Below, one piece after another: positions 25,160 through 35,446 of a stretch of 64,000 nucleotides of DNA (the stretch's first letter is position 1; each line of letters begins with the position of its first letter). The DNA is from Naegleria gruberi (lineage: Eukaryota), in the NCBI GenBank assembly GCA_000004985.1, contig GG738901.1. One strand, given 5' to 3'. The translations under genes were made by a program, and so were the position numbers. The notes under the pieces are model-generated. The model was not told where the DNA came from and did no database searches. It was given only the letters and a program-made list of their open reading frames with translations.

Positions 25160-25420
25160 ATGCAATTATTTCTCAAACTCCTTTCGGGAAGGACCCTCAC
25201 TGTCGAGTTTGAATCGAGTGATTTGGTGGAAGATGTAAAGAAACAAATTGCAAATTTATTAAATGATGATAAACTTACTTCGGAGAAATTGAGTTTATTT
25301 TTTCAAAACAATGAAATGGAGGATGGAAGGGTGATTTCGGATTATAATATTCAGAAAGAACTCAATTCTTTTGTGGTTAAATTAAAAACAAATGCAGGAT
25401 TCAAAGATTATAAATTTTAA
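25160..25420 (+). CDS. Small ubiquitin-like (beta-grasp) protein with no C-terminal Gly-Gly.
   Basis: [30 protein letters not shown]...[31 protein letters not shown] aligns with ubiquitin (MQIFVKTLTGKTITLEV...[30 protein letters not shown]). It ends ...NAGFKDYKF, so it is not conjugatable. The first ATG is at 25160, and the track ORF begins at an upstream alternative start. Confidence 0.55.
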   Translation: [86 protein letters not shown]

Positions 25421-25872
25421 TTTTTTAATTTTTTTGTAATTGACCATTTTTGGAAGTAAATTTTTTTCTTCAGGTTCAATAATTTCAAGTACTTTATTTT
25501 CATTAAAAACAACACAAGACCATAATTTCTGTACTGTTTTACCAACCAATCTCAATTGTTTTTAAGGAGAGTTTGATTTGCACCGATTGGTTTCTTCATA
25601 CTTACCTTGAAGGACATTTCAGTGATCATGCAGACTGAAATGTGACTCTGGAAACTCTCCTCCTTGCACTCTGAGGATGAGTCCAGAATTTGGTCAATGA
25701 TCAAAGTGATTGTTGCCCTCCTTCTCAATTTTTTTCCTGTGAGGACTCATCTGGTATGATTTCTCGCTCTATTCAGTAATTGAAACTTTAGGTCATTAAC
25801 TCTGATATTTAATCTATCAATCAAGAAATATCAGATTTGCATTTGAAAGGTTGAAAGTGTTAATACTCCAAT

Positions 25873-27312
25873 TTATTTCTTAATATAATATTGAGAATCG
25901 GAAGAGTTTGCTGATGGCACTGGTGGATTATATGTTCTGGAAAAGAATGTTCCATCGACAGTGTTAATTACTTGTTGAAAGATTGTTCCCTGAGTGAGAA
26001 CATTTTTCTTAGAAAGACATGAGAGGCAATACTCTAACATGTGATTTGGAATGTTTGGTTTTGGAGAGTGTTTGAATAGGTATTTGGTTAATTGTTTCTT
26101 TTTCAAATCAATTTTGGTGTCTTCCTGATTAAACCAATCAGTGTCTCCTTGAACAATGATTCTTCTTCTGGCCTGTGTTTCCAATTCAATTGATCCATCA
26201 TCATGAGTTGTTGATTCCTTGTGGAGGAGTAATGATTGTTCCTCACTACTTCTTCCTCTACTTATCAATGTGGCATTATCCCCAGAACAGACTAAAATAT
26301 ATGAGGCACTATTGGTCCTACTTGTTCTGATATATTCCAGTGCGTCCTTGTACTTTTCACATTTTTCCATGACTTCTCTGAGAAGAAATTCAGTATTCCA
26401 AAATGCAAGAATGGTTCCAAACCAGCTTGCAACATCACCTAAAAATCCCTCCTCAACTGTTCTCAAGCTGTAGGAGAATGAGTAACTACTCCTTTGTGTG
26501 AATTGTGAAAATCTTAAACCATTAGAAACGCCAACCAGTGGTAAAAAGGTAGTTGTTTTGAATATTAATCTACCATCCTTAATAAAATCAATATCCACTG
26601 TCAATAATCTCAATATCTTGGCTAAATTGTGTTCATAATTACTATGTCTCAATTGAAAAACACCATCTTCATTAATTTCACTAAATGCCACACTGCTATT
26701 CACACCAAAATCATTATACGAAATATTAAACTGATAAATTAAATCATAAGTTAACCCATATCTATTTGTAATATCAGCAATTCCCCACATTTCTTGCTCC
26801 AAATCATCAGGTGTGTAAATTTGTGAAATAATATCAGTCATACTAGGTGCAAACGAATCAGAATCGTCTTGATATACATTTGTTAGATATTTTGCTAAAA
26901 GTTTCAATGGTTCAATCATATCCATCACAATATGTTTCCATCTCTTTTTAGCATCCATATTTAAATTAACAACATATTTAGGAATAGGTTTAAAATAATC
27001 AACATGTTGTAAATAGTCAACATTCGGCTGGTCTTGTTGATTGATATGTTCCTCTATTTCTTCTTTTTGTTTGTTTTTTAATGTCGCTTTAGATGATTGG
27101 TTTTGTTTTGTCTCAACTTGTTTTACCAGATGAATAGTTTCGTATTCTTCTTCATCTTGTTTAGTTTCGTTACTTGCTCGGAGTGGATCACTTGTTGTAT
27201 GTAACGTTTCCGAATCATCATGATCTTCAGCAGAACCAACATTCATGAGTGGATGAGAGTTTGTTGTTTGTTCTTCCATTTTTTTGATTGTAATTTTCGT
27301 GTTTCCTGTCAT
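25873..27312 (-). CDS. Acid-ceramidase/NAAA-like (Ntn-hydrolase) protein with no obvious signal peptide. The nucleophile Cys is apparently replaced.
   Basis: The sequence aligns by eye to acid ceramidase at:
- VVNLNMDAKKRWKHIVMDMIEPLKLL (NLDxxxxKRW)
- EQEMWGIADITNRYGLTYD (EEEMKGIAAVTD)
- LLTVDIDFIKDGRLIFKTTTFLPLVGVSNG ([29 protein letters not shown])
- SASYILVCSGDNATLISR ([20 protein letters not shown])
At the expected autoproteolytic Cys position the sequence reads FGVNSSVAF. The N-terminal 90 aa are acidic and hydrophilic. Confidence 0.55.
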   Translation of the reverse strand: MTGNTKITIKKMEEQTTNSHPLMNVGSAEDHDDSETLHTTSDPLRASNETKQDEEEYETIHLVKQVETKQNQSSKATLKNKQKEEIEEHINQQDQPNVDYLQHVDYFKPIPKYVVNLNMDAKKRWKHIVMDMIEPLKLLAKYLTNVYQDDSDSFAPSMTDIISQIYTPDDLEQEMWGIADITNRYGLTYDLIYQFNISYNDFGVNSSVAFSEINEDGVFQLRHSNYEHNLAKILRLLTVDIDFIKDGRLIFKTTTFLPLVGVSNGLRFSQFTQRSSYSFSYSLRTVEEGFLGDVASWFGTILAFWNTEFLLREVMEKCEKYKDALEYIRTSRTNSASYILVCSGDNATLISRGRSSEEQSLLLHKESTTHDDGSIELETQARRRIIVQGDTDWFNQEDTKIDLKKKQLTKYLFKHSPKPNIPNHMLEYCLSCLSKKNVLTQGTIFQQVINTVDGTFFSRTYNPPVPSANSSDSQYYIKK

Positions 27313-27441
27313 TGGATACTTTCTAATCTAAAAACTTATTCGGACATTTTCCTCTCAAATGATTCGTCCAAAACAACAAAAAGAAACATATTTGAAATAA
27401 TAACAAATTGAAAAACTCAAATTATTTGAAATGTTGTAAGT

Positions 27442-30396
27442 TTAATGAAGAGAAAAACCTTGTGAACCATATCGAATAGCTTTTCCAAATCTTTCTTTCA
27501 TAATTTCCTTTGATTCATATGGTGGAATATCAATTCTATTGAGACATGTGTGAGCAACAGGTAAATGATCAGTCGACACATTTCTTAATAAACATAAAGT
27601 GAATGGAGGTGTCAATCCTTCAAATCCATCACTTGGTAAACATGATGTTCCTGTTGAAAATTGTAAAAGTTGAGCAATTTGTGTTTGCGAATATCCTTCA
27701 ATCATTTCCCAGAAATATTGAACTGTTGGATGATCTGTATCAAATCCTCCTTCATATGAAATATTGTCCTTCCATTGGGAAATTGAAACTTCCCTACTAC
27801 CACACAATAAAAGTTCCAATTCAGTCTCGCTAAATATAGTTAAAAATTCTGGAGGTAACACTTCGTAAATTCCTTCAAGCATTTTTTCGACTTGTGGTCG
27901 AACTGATTCTACCAGTTTCCATTTGGAATATGCCTCAACAAATTCATGTTTGTTTCCATCATTTACTTCAATTTCTGCTCCATTAAAACAAAGTTCGTAA
28001 ACATTATTCTCACCAAAATCATTCAAATCGGCAGTGAAAGTCATTTCCATAATATTTTCAATATCCTCCAAGAGGAGAAGCTTTTTCAAGGAGAGGTACA
28101 TGGTTGGATCGACGGCTTCCAAATCTTCAAACATGACAGGTTTTCCAGCCATAAGTTTGAAAATTACTTTTGTGAAATGAGTATCCATAATCTTGTTATC
28201 AGAAATTGCTTTACCTATCAACTTGCCAATGAATTGGAAATATTGTAAGTGATCTCCATTGACAGCTGAAGCAGGATTTGGATGGTAGGTGTTATTAGGA
28301 CCTGTTTTGATGAAAAGTGCATTATTTGGATTGAGAATTTGTTGGGAAAGTAAATGATAAAATTCTCTTGTTACTCCACCAACATCAAATCCTTCTTCAC
28401 CAGCAAAATATACAAACATTGGCCTCAATAAATCGGCACCTTTGAGGACTGAGAAGTTTTTACAAGCATCAAATACCAATTGGTCTCTTCTGACCATTAC
28501 AACAGTTGGTTGTAATAATCCATCACCTTTGAGAGCTTTCAGCTTTTTGTAGAATAAGTCTTTTCTCGTTTCGTAATCCATCTCACGTTCATCGTCTGTA
28601 TAAATACATGAAAATGATTCTACAGCTCCAATTGGAGTCATTGATAAGGTGGAAATGGCCTTCAGTCTCTCTTCAATAGTTTGGACAGTATTTGGAACAA
28701 TGGAGAGTTCAAAATAGATATTTCTATCTGACAGATCTTGATTGTCTTTCACAAGTCTGACTTCATTATTCTTTGTAATGTAGTAAATATCCTCGATAAT
28801 ATCCACATCAGAGCCAAGACTTTCATCATCTTGTTGCTGTTTGAGATATTTAATTGTTTTTTCTATTTGATCGTCCAGAGTTTTGCACTCGTCCAAGTAC
28901 TTGTGTTTTTGAAGATCTTCAATTACCTCAGCAACTTTAGTCACTGGATAGAAAAGGATATCAACCAAGTAATTGAATAATTCTTCATAGTTCATGTAGG
29001 CAGGACGTGAAGCTCCATTTTTCAAGTTCAATGAGAAAACAGAACTAATATCAATAAATTTGACAAACATTCCCGAGGAGAAGTATAGTTTCTTTGTCTT
29101 TGCATCTACTGAAAGATTAGAAGCATCCAATATAGTTTCCTGAGGAATTGTATGAACAAGAGTTATTTCATAAGTATCATAAAATTCAAATTGTCTCTTA
29201 TCCTTATTCCAGCCAACAATATATGAAGAATCTTCATCTATTTCAAATATACAAAATTGAGTTATTCCAACTATTGGTGGATTAACCTTATTAGTTTCAG
29301 TATTGTAAGAATAAATATTTTGTGGTTGACTAATGTAAATATTTGAACCAACTTTGTAAAAGTAGTGTGAATACTCCCGACAACTATGAACTTTGATACA
29401 TTCGAGAGATGAAATATCCCACATTCTCACTGTACAATCAGCACCTGAAGTATAGAGTATACCTTCAGAATGTTCATAAAACATATCTTCTACTTTTTTA
29501 ACGTGTCCATTGAGTTTAGCAATTTTCTTTCCCGTTTTCAATTCATATACTGATATCGAGCTGTCATATCCAGAACAAAACAGGTAATCACTACTAACAG
29601 CCAAACATGTTATCCAATTTTCATTGGAATCAAATACTTGTTTACATGTTTGAGTTTCAATATCCCAAACACGAACAGTTCTATCATATGAACCAGAATA
29701 TAATAAATTATTTTTCATATCAATCTTTAGGCAAGTGACAGCTTTCGTGTGTCCTTGGAACAATTTTATGCATTCTCCTGTTTCCTTGTCCCAGCAACAA
29801 ATGTTTTTATCCAAAGAACTTGTCCATATGCGATTATTTTCAACCTTGATGCATGTAATTTTATAGAAATGTTTAAATTTCTTATAATCTTTCAATGATC
29901 TAGGTATCAATGGTTCTGTTCTTTTTTCCTTCCTCACAAAGGATCCAATAGAAGTCAATTGATATTCCTCATCCTCCAATGAATCATTACTAGTATCCTG
30001 CTGTACATTATCGAATGAAGTTCTCATCGTCGACGACTCTGATGACTGTGTTTTAGTACTATCCGATAAATTACTAGTGAATGCTCGCAGTGTTGCTGAT
30101 GTGGTTGGTGTGAGTGTTGTTGGTTTGAAGAGTTTTAGAAGAAAATTCTTCTTTTGTCTCACTTCGGGTGATGATCCCTCCATCATTTCTGCAAAATCAT
30201 TAAAAACTTGAATGTCTAATAGATTCAAGTAATTGTTTGATGATCAAAGATGATGATCATCATTAACAATGATATAAAATCACAAATATTCAACAACCAC
30301 CATAATTGACAAGTTGATATTATTATTGTTGTGATGGGATATGTGTTATTACTTACCATCGCCAGTTTCATTTCTACCACTTGGTGATTGTCCCAT
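27442..30396 (-). CDS. WD40-repeat plus HECT-domain E3 ubiquitin ligase with a short 5' exon. Exons are 30357..30396 and 27442..30215 on the minus strand.
   Basis: The HECT domain has LHTCFNRLDLPPY-type catalytic Cys context (LPVAHTCLNRIDIPPY) and the upstream block GGVTREFYHLLSQQILNP. The N-terminal half has WD40 units (WDKETG, VRVWDIETQ, VRMWDISS). The main ORF has no ATG; the track started it at TTG. A 40-nt exon encodes MGQSPSGRNETGD and ends at a GTAAGT donor. It joins through a 141-nt intron (30216..30356) to the acceptor ctattag, in phase 1, giving ...ETGDDIQVFNDF. Confidence 0.75.
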
Positions 30397-30867
30397 CCTT
30401 CTTCAATCAAACACATACAGTGTAATATCTGTGTTATTGTTATTGTCTATTACTGATAAAGATTGTGTTCACCACCACTTGACGTTTTAAAAATCCCGAA
30501 TGGTCCAGGAAGCTGCTGAGAGAATGAAAACAGTTGTCTGTTTTTTTTGAAAATAGGTTTAATGTGCTGCATTTTCCGTTGCTAATGTTAATGCAGCTTT
30601 TTTATCTCTTGATCGAATTGGATGGATTGAGGCTTTTGGAAAATTGTTTCTGAAGGTTTTGGAAATGAAGTTTGTTATCTCAAAATTGATGACTGACTTA
30701 ATTGGAAGGATTGAGTGTAAAGAAATTCTCAATTTGAAATCAAGATTGGCTTGAGAGTACTCTAAAGAAGAATGATCATAATAATGTACATTGGCAGTGA
30801 ATGCTGGAATGTTTTACAAAATCAAATTAAACGGTTTAGAACTCTGGACGACTTTCCAAATTAGCAA

Positions 30868-31094
30868 TTAACTGCATTTAGCATTTGCAATAGTGATTGA
30901 GGGATATCCCTTGGTTGAATAATATTGAGCAAGATCTTGTTTACAACAACTGTGATAATATTCTAACTGATCACCAACCAATTGTAGAGTTCTTTCGATG
31001 AGATAGGTTTCTCTGAATTTGCAGGTAATTAAAGTATCAAACAATGTCAATATAATGGAGAATCAAACTCTTACACAGTTGTTACTGATACCAT
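30868..31094 (-). CDS. Possible small Cys-containing protein of about 55 aa with two exons. This call is speculative.
   Basis: Minus-strand ORF 30868..31050. The exons 31075..31094 and 30868..31012 are phase-compatible across a 62-nt GTAAGA...ttcag intron. Together they encode MVSVTTVETYLIERTLQLVGDQLEYYHSCCKQDLAQYYSTKGYPSITIANAKCS. No family was recognised. Confidence 0.25.
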
Positions 31095-31289
31095 AGACTT
31101 CAAAACAACATTTTTGATTGAGTAAGTGCATGGGTAAGGTTTATAAACCAACAAGACACGTTTGAAATGCTGAGACACGTTTCTTCACTTAAGTTATTAA
31201 ACAACACGTGTTTGGGATTTTGTGTTCCTTTTATTAATTATGATAAAAATAAAAATAGACAATTACCAAATTTCCAATACACAAAAAAA

Positions 31290-32180
31290 ATGTCATCAAA
31301 AGTTTTACTCATCACCTTTATTGCCTTGATTTTTAGCATCACTCTATCAACACAACAGGGTTCCAATATCGGAAATGATGCCATTCACTTAACACAGATA
31401 AAATCGATAACACTTTACAAGAATGCATGGACAACAGCGAGAAGATCTCATCCAGTCCCACAATTAAAATGTATTAGCAAACCAGATAATTACGAACCTG
31501 ATCAGGTTGAATGTAGTTATGAAGGTAATGGATGGAGGTGTAATGCCAAATTGCGATCAAATTATAAATTTGGTAAAATGAATGTTAATTGTGAAGGTTA
31601 CAGATATTCGGGTGATGATCTTGTATTGAAGGGAAGTTGTGGATTAGAATATACATTGGAGTATAATCAAAAACCACAGTCAAATCAACAACAACAACAC
31701 TACAGACATGAACCTATTCCTTCAAATCCTAGCTCTCTAGGATCCTTTTGGATTGTAATAATTGTACTGGTTGTTATTGGCTGTATTTGGTTGTCCAAAC
31801 AAAATTCATCATCAACAATTCAAAGTAATAATCAACAACCTTATCCTTCCATGTATCCAGATGTAAACCCAAATTATAATCCAGATCTTCACCAAACATT
31901 CGTTCCTTCCAGTTCCTCATCCCAAACCTCATCCACTATTCCTACTTTTTTAGCAGGTGCAGCAGCCGGTTATGCAGCTTCATCTCTTTATAATTCACAA
32001 AGAAATAGTGGTGCTACTGGAGGAAATGGATCATATTTTGAGAGTTCTTCTAATGACAGAAATTATGGAAATCATTATTCAAATTATGAAAATCAAACCT
32101 ATCACTCATACTCTCACCACGATGATGATGATGATACACGAGATCATACAGTTTATGGAATTTCTACAACTTCCAGGTAA
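31290..32180 (+). CDS. SARAF/TMEM66-like single-pass membrane protein with a signal peptide.
   Basis: From ATG 31290 the signal peptide is MSSKVLLITFIALIFSITLS. The lumenal domain ITLYKNAWTTARRSHPVPQLKCISKPDNY...GWRCNAKLRSNYKFGKMNVNCEGYRYSGDDLVLKGSCGLEYTLEY matches the SARAF domain pattern (LTLYRGRYTTARR..PIPQLKC...KFGKT.VSCEGY...YVLRGSCGLEY). The TM segment is FWIVIIVLVVIGCIWL, followed by an S/N/Y-rich tail. Confidence 0.7.
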   Translation: MSSKVLLITFIALIFSITLSTQQGSNIGNDAIHLTQIKSITLYKNAWTTARRSHPVPQLKCISKPDNYEPDQVECSYEGNGWRCNAKLRSNYKFGKMNVNCEGYRYSGDDLVLKGSCGLEYTLEYNQKPQSNQQQQHYRHEPIPSNPSSLGSFWIVIIVLVVIGCIWLSKQNSSSTIQSNNQQPYPSMYPDVNPNYNPDLHQTFVPSSSSSQTSSTIPTFLAGAAAGYAASSLYNSQRNSGATGGNGSYFESSSNDRNYGNHYSNYENQTYHSYSHHDDDDDTRDHTVYGISTTSR

Positions 32181-32372
32181 AGATTTTCATTTAGCATGAT
32201 TATTCTTCTCAATTGTCAATAAATCCACTTTGTAAATTCAAGAAAAAAATTTAAAAGTTTATTAATCGTATGAACCCGACGGGTTCGTCTTGATGATATT
32301 ACGAATATTAAATAATAAATTCTTTCTTGTTGGGATTGCTTTGTTCATTTCTTGTAACTCTGTGGACACAAA

Positions 32373-32501
32373 TACTTGGCTTGAACACCCTATGCTGGAA
32401 CCCCGGGTAGTATAGGGTACGGTGACCCGACGTAAGTATTGCGGCAACACACTGTGGTCTCAGGGTCAACAGTGTAGTTACTGAGTGGTATGACATTTTT
32501 T
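32373..32501 (+). ncRNA. Candidate small structured RNA ending in a T8 run, as a Pol III terminator would. Its class is unknown.
   Basis: A ~125-nt segment sits in an otherwise AT-rich spacer and is locally GC-richer. It has two nested hairpins: ccctat/ataggg closes a loop containing CCCCGGG, and acactg/cagtgt closes tggtctcagggtcaa. It ends ...gtatgacTTTTTTTT. It does not match the tRNA, U6, 5S or SRP motifs I know. The overlapping minus-strand small ORFs look spurious. Confidence 0.3.
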
Positions 32502-32914
32502 TTGAGACGAAATTCAAGAAAAAAATGTAATTTAGTGAATTGTATTATTATTGAGCTTTTTCTTAATGACAGAATTTCCAAAATAAAGATCATTGCATTT
32601 TCCTACCATTAAGGTTAAGTTTATTTGAATCTCCGGCCACTGGTTATATAGATTTGTGGGTGATGATCTATTCTATTGCGTTGAATAAAGTCAATGACCT
32701 AAAAGGCAGCATTTCTGAGCAACATACCTCATCCTTTGGATGAAGAATATGTTGAGTGAGCTTCTACCCATTGGTTTATCAACGATTGTTTTATTGTTTC
32801 TTTTGGAGAAATATGCGTTTTGAAATCTCTTTGTCATTTCAATTTTGGATTTGATTTTGCAAATTTTTTGATGATCAGTCTTTCGTAAGAGGTGAACTGA
32901 CTGTTCAAGAAAAA

Positions 32915-34632
32915 ATGTCAGCAACACTAACAAACCTCTCACACGATGATCTGTTTAATATTCTCGATTTTATTTATCCCTTCTTTTCAGAATATGTCAA
33001 GGCAGTAGGAGGAAAACAATTCGAAGCTCAACATAAACGAGAATATTTAGCCAAGATAATTTTCGGAATTATGAAAGGAAATAATGAGAGGAAGGATTGG
33101 ATTTTGGATTTTCGTGGTAAACACTCTAAAATTATGGGAATTAAACTTGTTTCCAATTTGAATTATAATGAATACTTTTACAAATCGCTCGACGATTCGA
33201 ATGTTTATGTTCCTGCTTTATATTTGAGAAAGTTTTATGAGGATTTAGTTAAGGAAGTGAAGAATTGGTTACTCATTGCAAAGAATGGTCTTTTCTATGA
33301 AATTTTAATGCAAAGTCACATTCCAATAGTTCAACTTTTTTGGGAAAGTTTATTTCACATTATTTAGAGATACTCCTATTATTATGGGAAGTATGAAGTT
33401 TAAACAATATTACAATTTGGAATTGCCAATGATTCAGGATTATATTTTGGATAATATTATTGTGCATGTGATGAAGGCAGTGGAGGAACCAGTTTGGTTA
33501 TTCGAAACTTTTGTTTTCAATGAAATTTCATCTAAAGATGCCCATAGTTTGGGATTCAAAAGTTATCTACGACATTACCAGTTAGAAGAAGGTGAAAAAC
33601 ACGAATTGTATCAGGATGTTTTGGTGGAAAAGAAAGATTGGACGAGTTTGGCAACTGACAATCATTGGGAAGGTTTCTTGATGTTTCTTTCGGATTGTTT
33701 TAACAGATATCCAACTATTTTAAGTGATTCCAAATATGTAGACTTTATCAATTCTCAATTTGAAAAAGATCTAGGAAGGATTTCAAAATTTACTACTGAG
33801 CTTGCCAAATTCCTTTACCTTGACAGAAATATTCCGATTAATCCTATAATTTCAAACAAGTTGTTTACTCTGTTATCATTCACACCAGTTTTTAAACAAA
33901 TTCTAGAAAAGAAACTGAATGAATTAAGGATAACGACAAGGAAAGAAACTCGTTTCTTGCAAATCTCTTTTTAAGAGATTCACTACTTTCTTCCTCTATT
34001 TTAAATTTACAATTCGAAATAATTGACATGCATTTAGATTATATGGACGAATGTTTGGATAGTAAGGTGATTGATTCACACTTCTCAAAGTGCCCTGTAG
34101 TGACTTATTTCATAGAGGGTGCCCTAATGATGGAAGATTTAAGCGATCCATTGAAAAGTTCCATGATTGTTATTGAGTACATTGAGAAATTTAGGAAATT
34201 ATTCGAAAGGTTCAATAGAAAAAATTTTGGTTATTCAATTTATAGAAATATCATAACATTGTTTTCAAATTTCACCCGCAGTGGTCTTACAGAAGATTCA
34301 TATGAATGGCAGTAACGTTTTATAATCTTTACTGAACTATTCCAAAACCTGGTTTCAAATAAGATTGACGATTTACCCGAAACTGACCTATCTTTTATTT
34401 TCAGATATACCTCCAATGAAAAGATTATCACCTTCCTATTCGAACAACCACCACTATTCCATCAAATGTTAGCAAGATACATTCCAGATAGAATTAATGA
34501 AAATCTTTTGAAAATTATCGAGAAATATGTTGGCAATAACAATTCATATTATCAGAGGAATCAAATTGCAATATCCAATGATGAGAAAAATCTCAATGCT
34601 AAATCTACTACCACTTCTACTTTAAGATTATA
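32915..34632 (+). pseudogene. Reading frame of about 570 codons broken by two +/-1 frameshifts at T-homopolymers and one in-frame TAA. It is probably a pseudogene, but an assembly error is also possible.
   Basis: Four consecutive track ORFs join into one continuous protein under three edits:
- deleting one T from the T6 run at 33336..33341 joins ORF 32915..33367 to ORF 33384..33974
- adding one T to the T5 run at 33968..33972 joins that to ORF 34028..34315
- reading through the TAA at 34316..34318 continues in frame to 34632
No GT-AG intron of plausible length spans any of the three sites. Confidence 0.5.
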
Positions 34633-35446
34633 AGAAACACATTCTCTTCTTAAGAATGTTGTTATAGGGTTGACTGATTAATGTTGTAATTTATACATAA
34701 GTTTGTTGACCATTTCCATTAGTAGGAGGAGTATAATAAGAAGGTTGTGGAGTAACATAGGTTGGTGGTGGTTGATTGACCATCATTGGTTGACCGTATT
34801 GTGGTTGATAAGGTTGTTGAGTCATCATTGGTTGACCATATGGTTGTTGTGGTGGATATGGTTGACCATAAGGTTGTTGTTGAGGTGGATAATAAACACC
34901 AGGTCCTGGATTTTGAATAACAACTGTAGTGACAGGTGGCATTGTTGGTTGAGCAGTGACAAGAGTAGAAGGCATTGTTGCTACTCCAATGGCAGCTGCT
35001 GCTTGTTGTTCTTGAGCTCTTCTCATCATCATAAGTCTTCTCTTTCTGGAAGCAGCACTAACAATAATGATAATTGCAATAAATATTATGAAACCTGGAA
35101 TTCCAAATCCTAAACCATATCCTAAAGCATCATAATCTCCATAACTATTCGAAACACAAACATTGGAAGAACAAGTTTGGGAAGAAGAACAACATGCATA
35201 ACTAGAAGCAATACATGTTGAATAACCAGATTTTCTACAACAAGTTTGTCCAGATAAGCAATAAACATAATTAGTGGAACCTGTTACTGAGCAACAAATA
35301 CTATCTTGAACAGCTGACACTTGGCTTTCATTGAGAGATGAGAAAGAAAGTTCCCCCTTTAATGAATTATCACCATAAGTTGTCAAACGGGCAGAGATTT
35401 TGGCACCTGACACGAGGAGTAATAACACAACTAGTGAGCTGGCAAT
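34600..35446. repeat. Segmental duplication, copy A. It is paralogous to 38620..39460.
   Basis: About 850 bp of near-identical sequence lies in direct orientation 4.0 kb apart. It covers the 3' UTR and CDS of the membrane-protein gene. Identity stops exactly at the position of copy B's start codon. Confidence 0.8.

Noticed and set aside
31167-31289. 5' extension of the SARAF ORF from the track start (MLRHVSSLKLL…)
   Set aside because: The extension comes before a textbook signal peptide that begins at the ATG at 31290. It is more likely 5' UTR.
32262-32593. Minus-strand ORFs overlapping the candidate ncRNA
   Set aside because: They are short with no start context. They sit on a GC-rich hairpin-rich segment ending in a T-run that looks like a Pol III terminator.
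33342-33364. A tiny GT..AG intron (aaaGTttatttcacattatttAG) as the join between ORFs 32915..33367 and 33384..33974
   Set aside because: At about 20 nt it is far below the 39-175 nt range of every confident intron in the window. A 1-nt change in the T6 run explains the frame change more simply.
34703-35113. Plus-strand ORFs rich in W/L/I (…WLTVLWLIRLLSHHWLTIWLLWW…) at 34703..35113 and 38693..39133
   Set aside because: They are antisense shadows of the Q/P/Y-rich coding sequence of the duplicated minus-strand genes, where CAA/CCA/TAT codons read as TTG/TGG/ATA on the other strand. They show no independent support.
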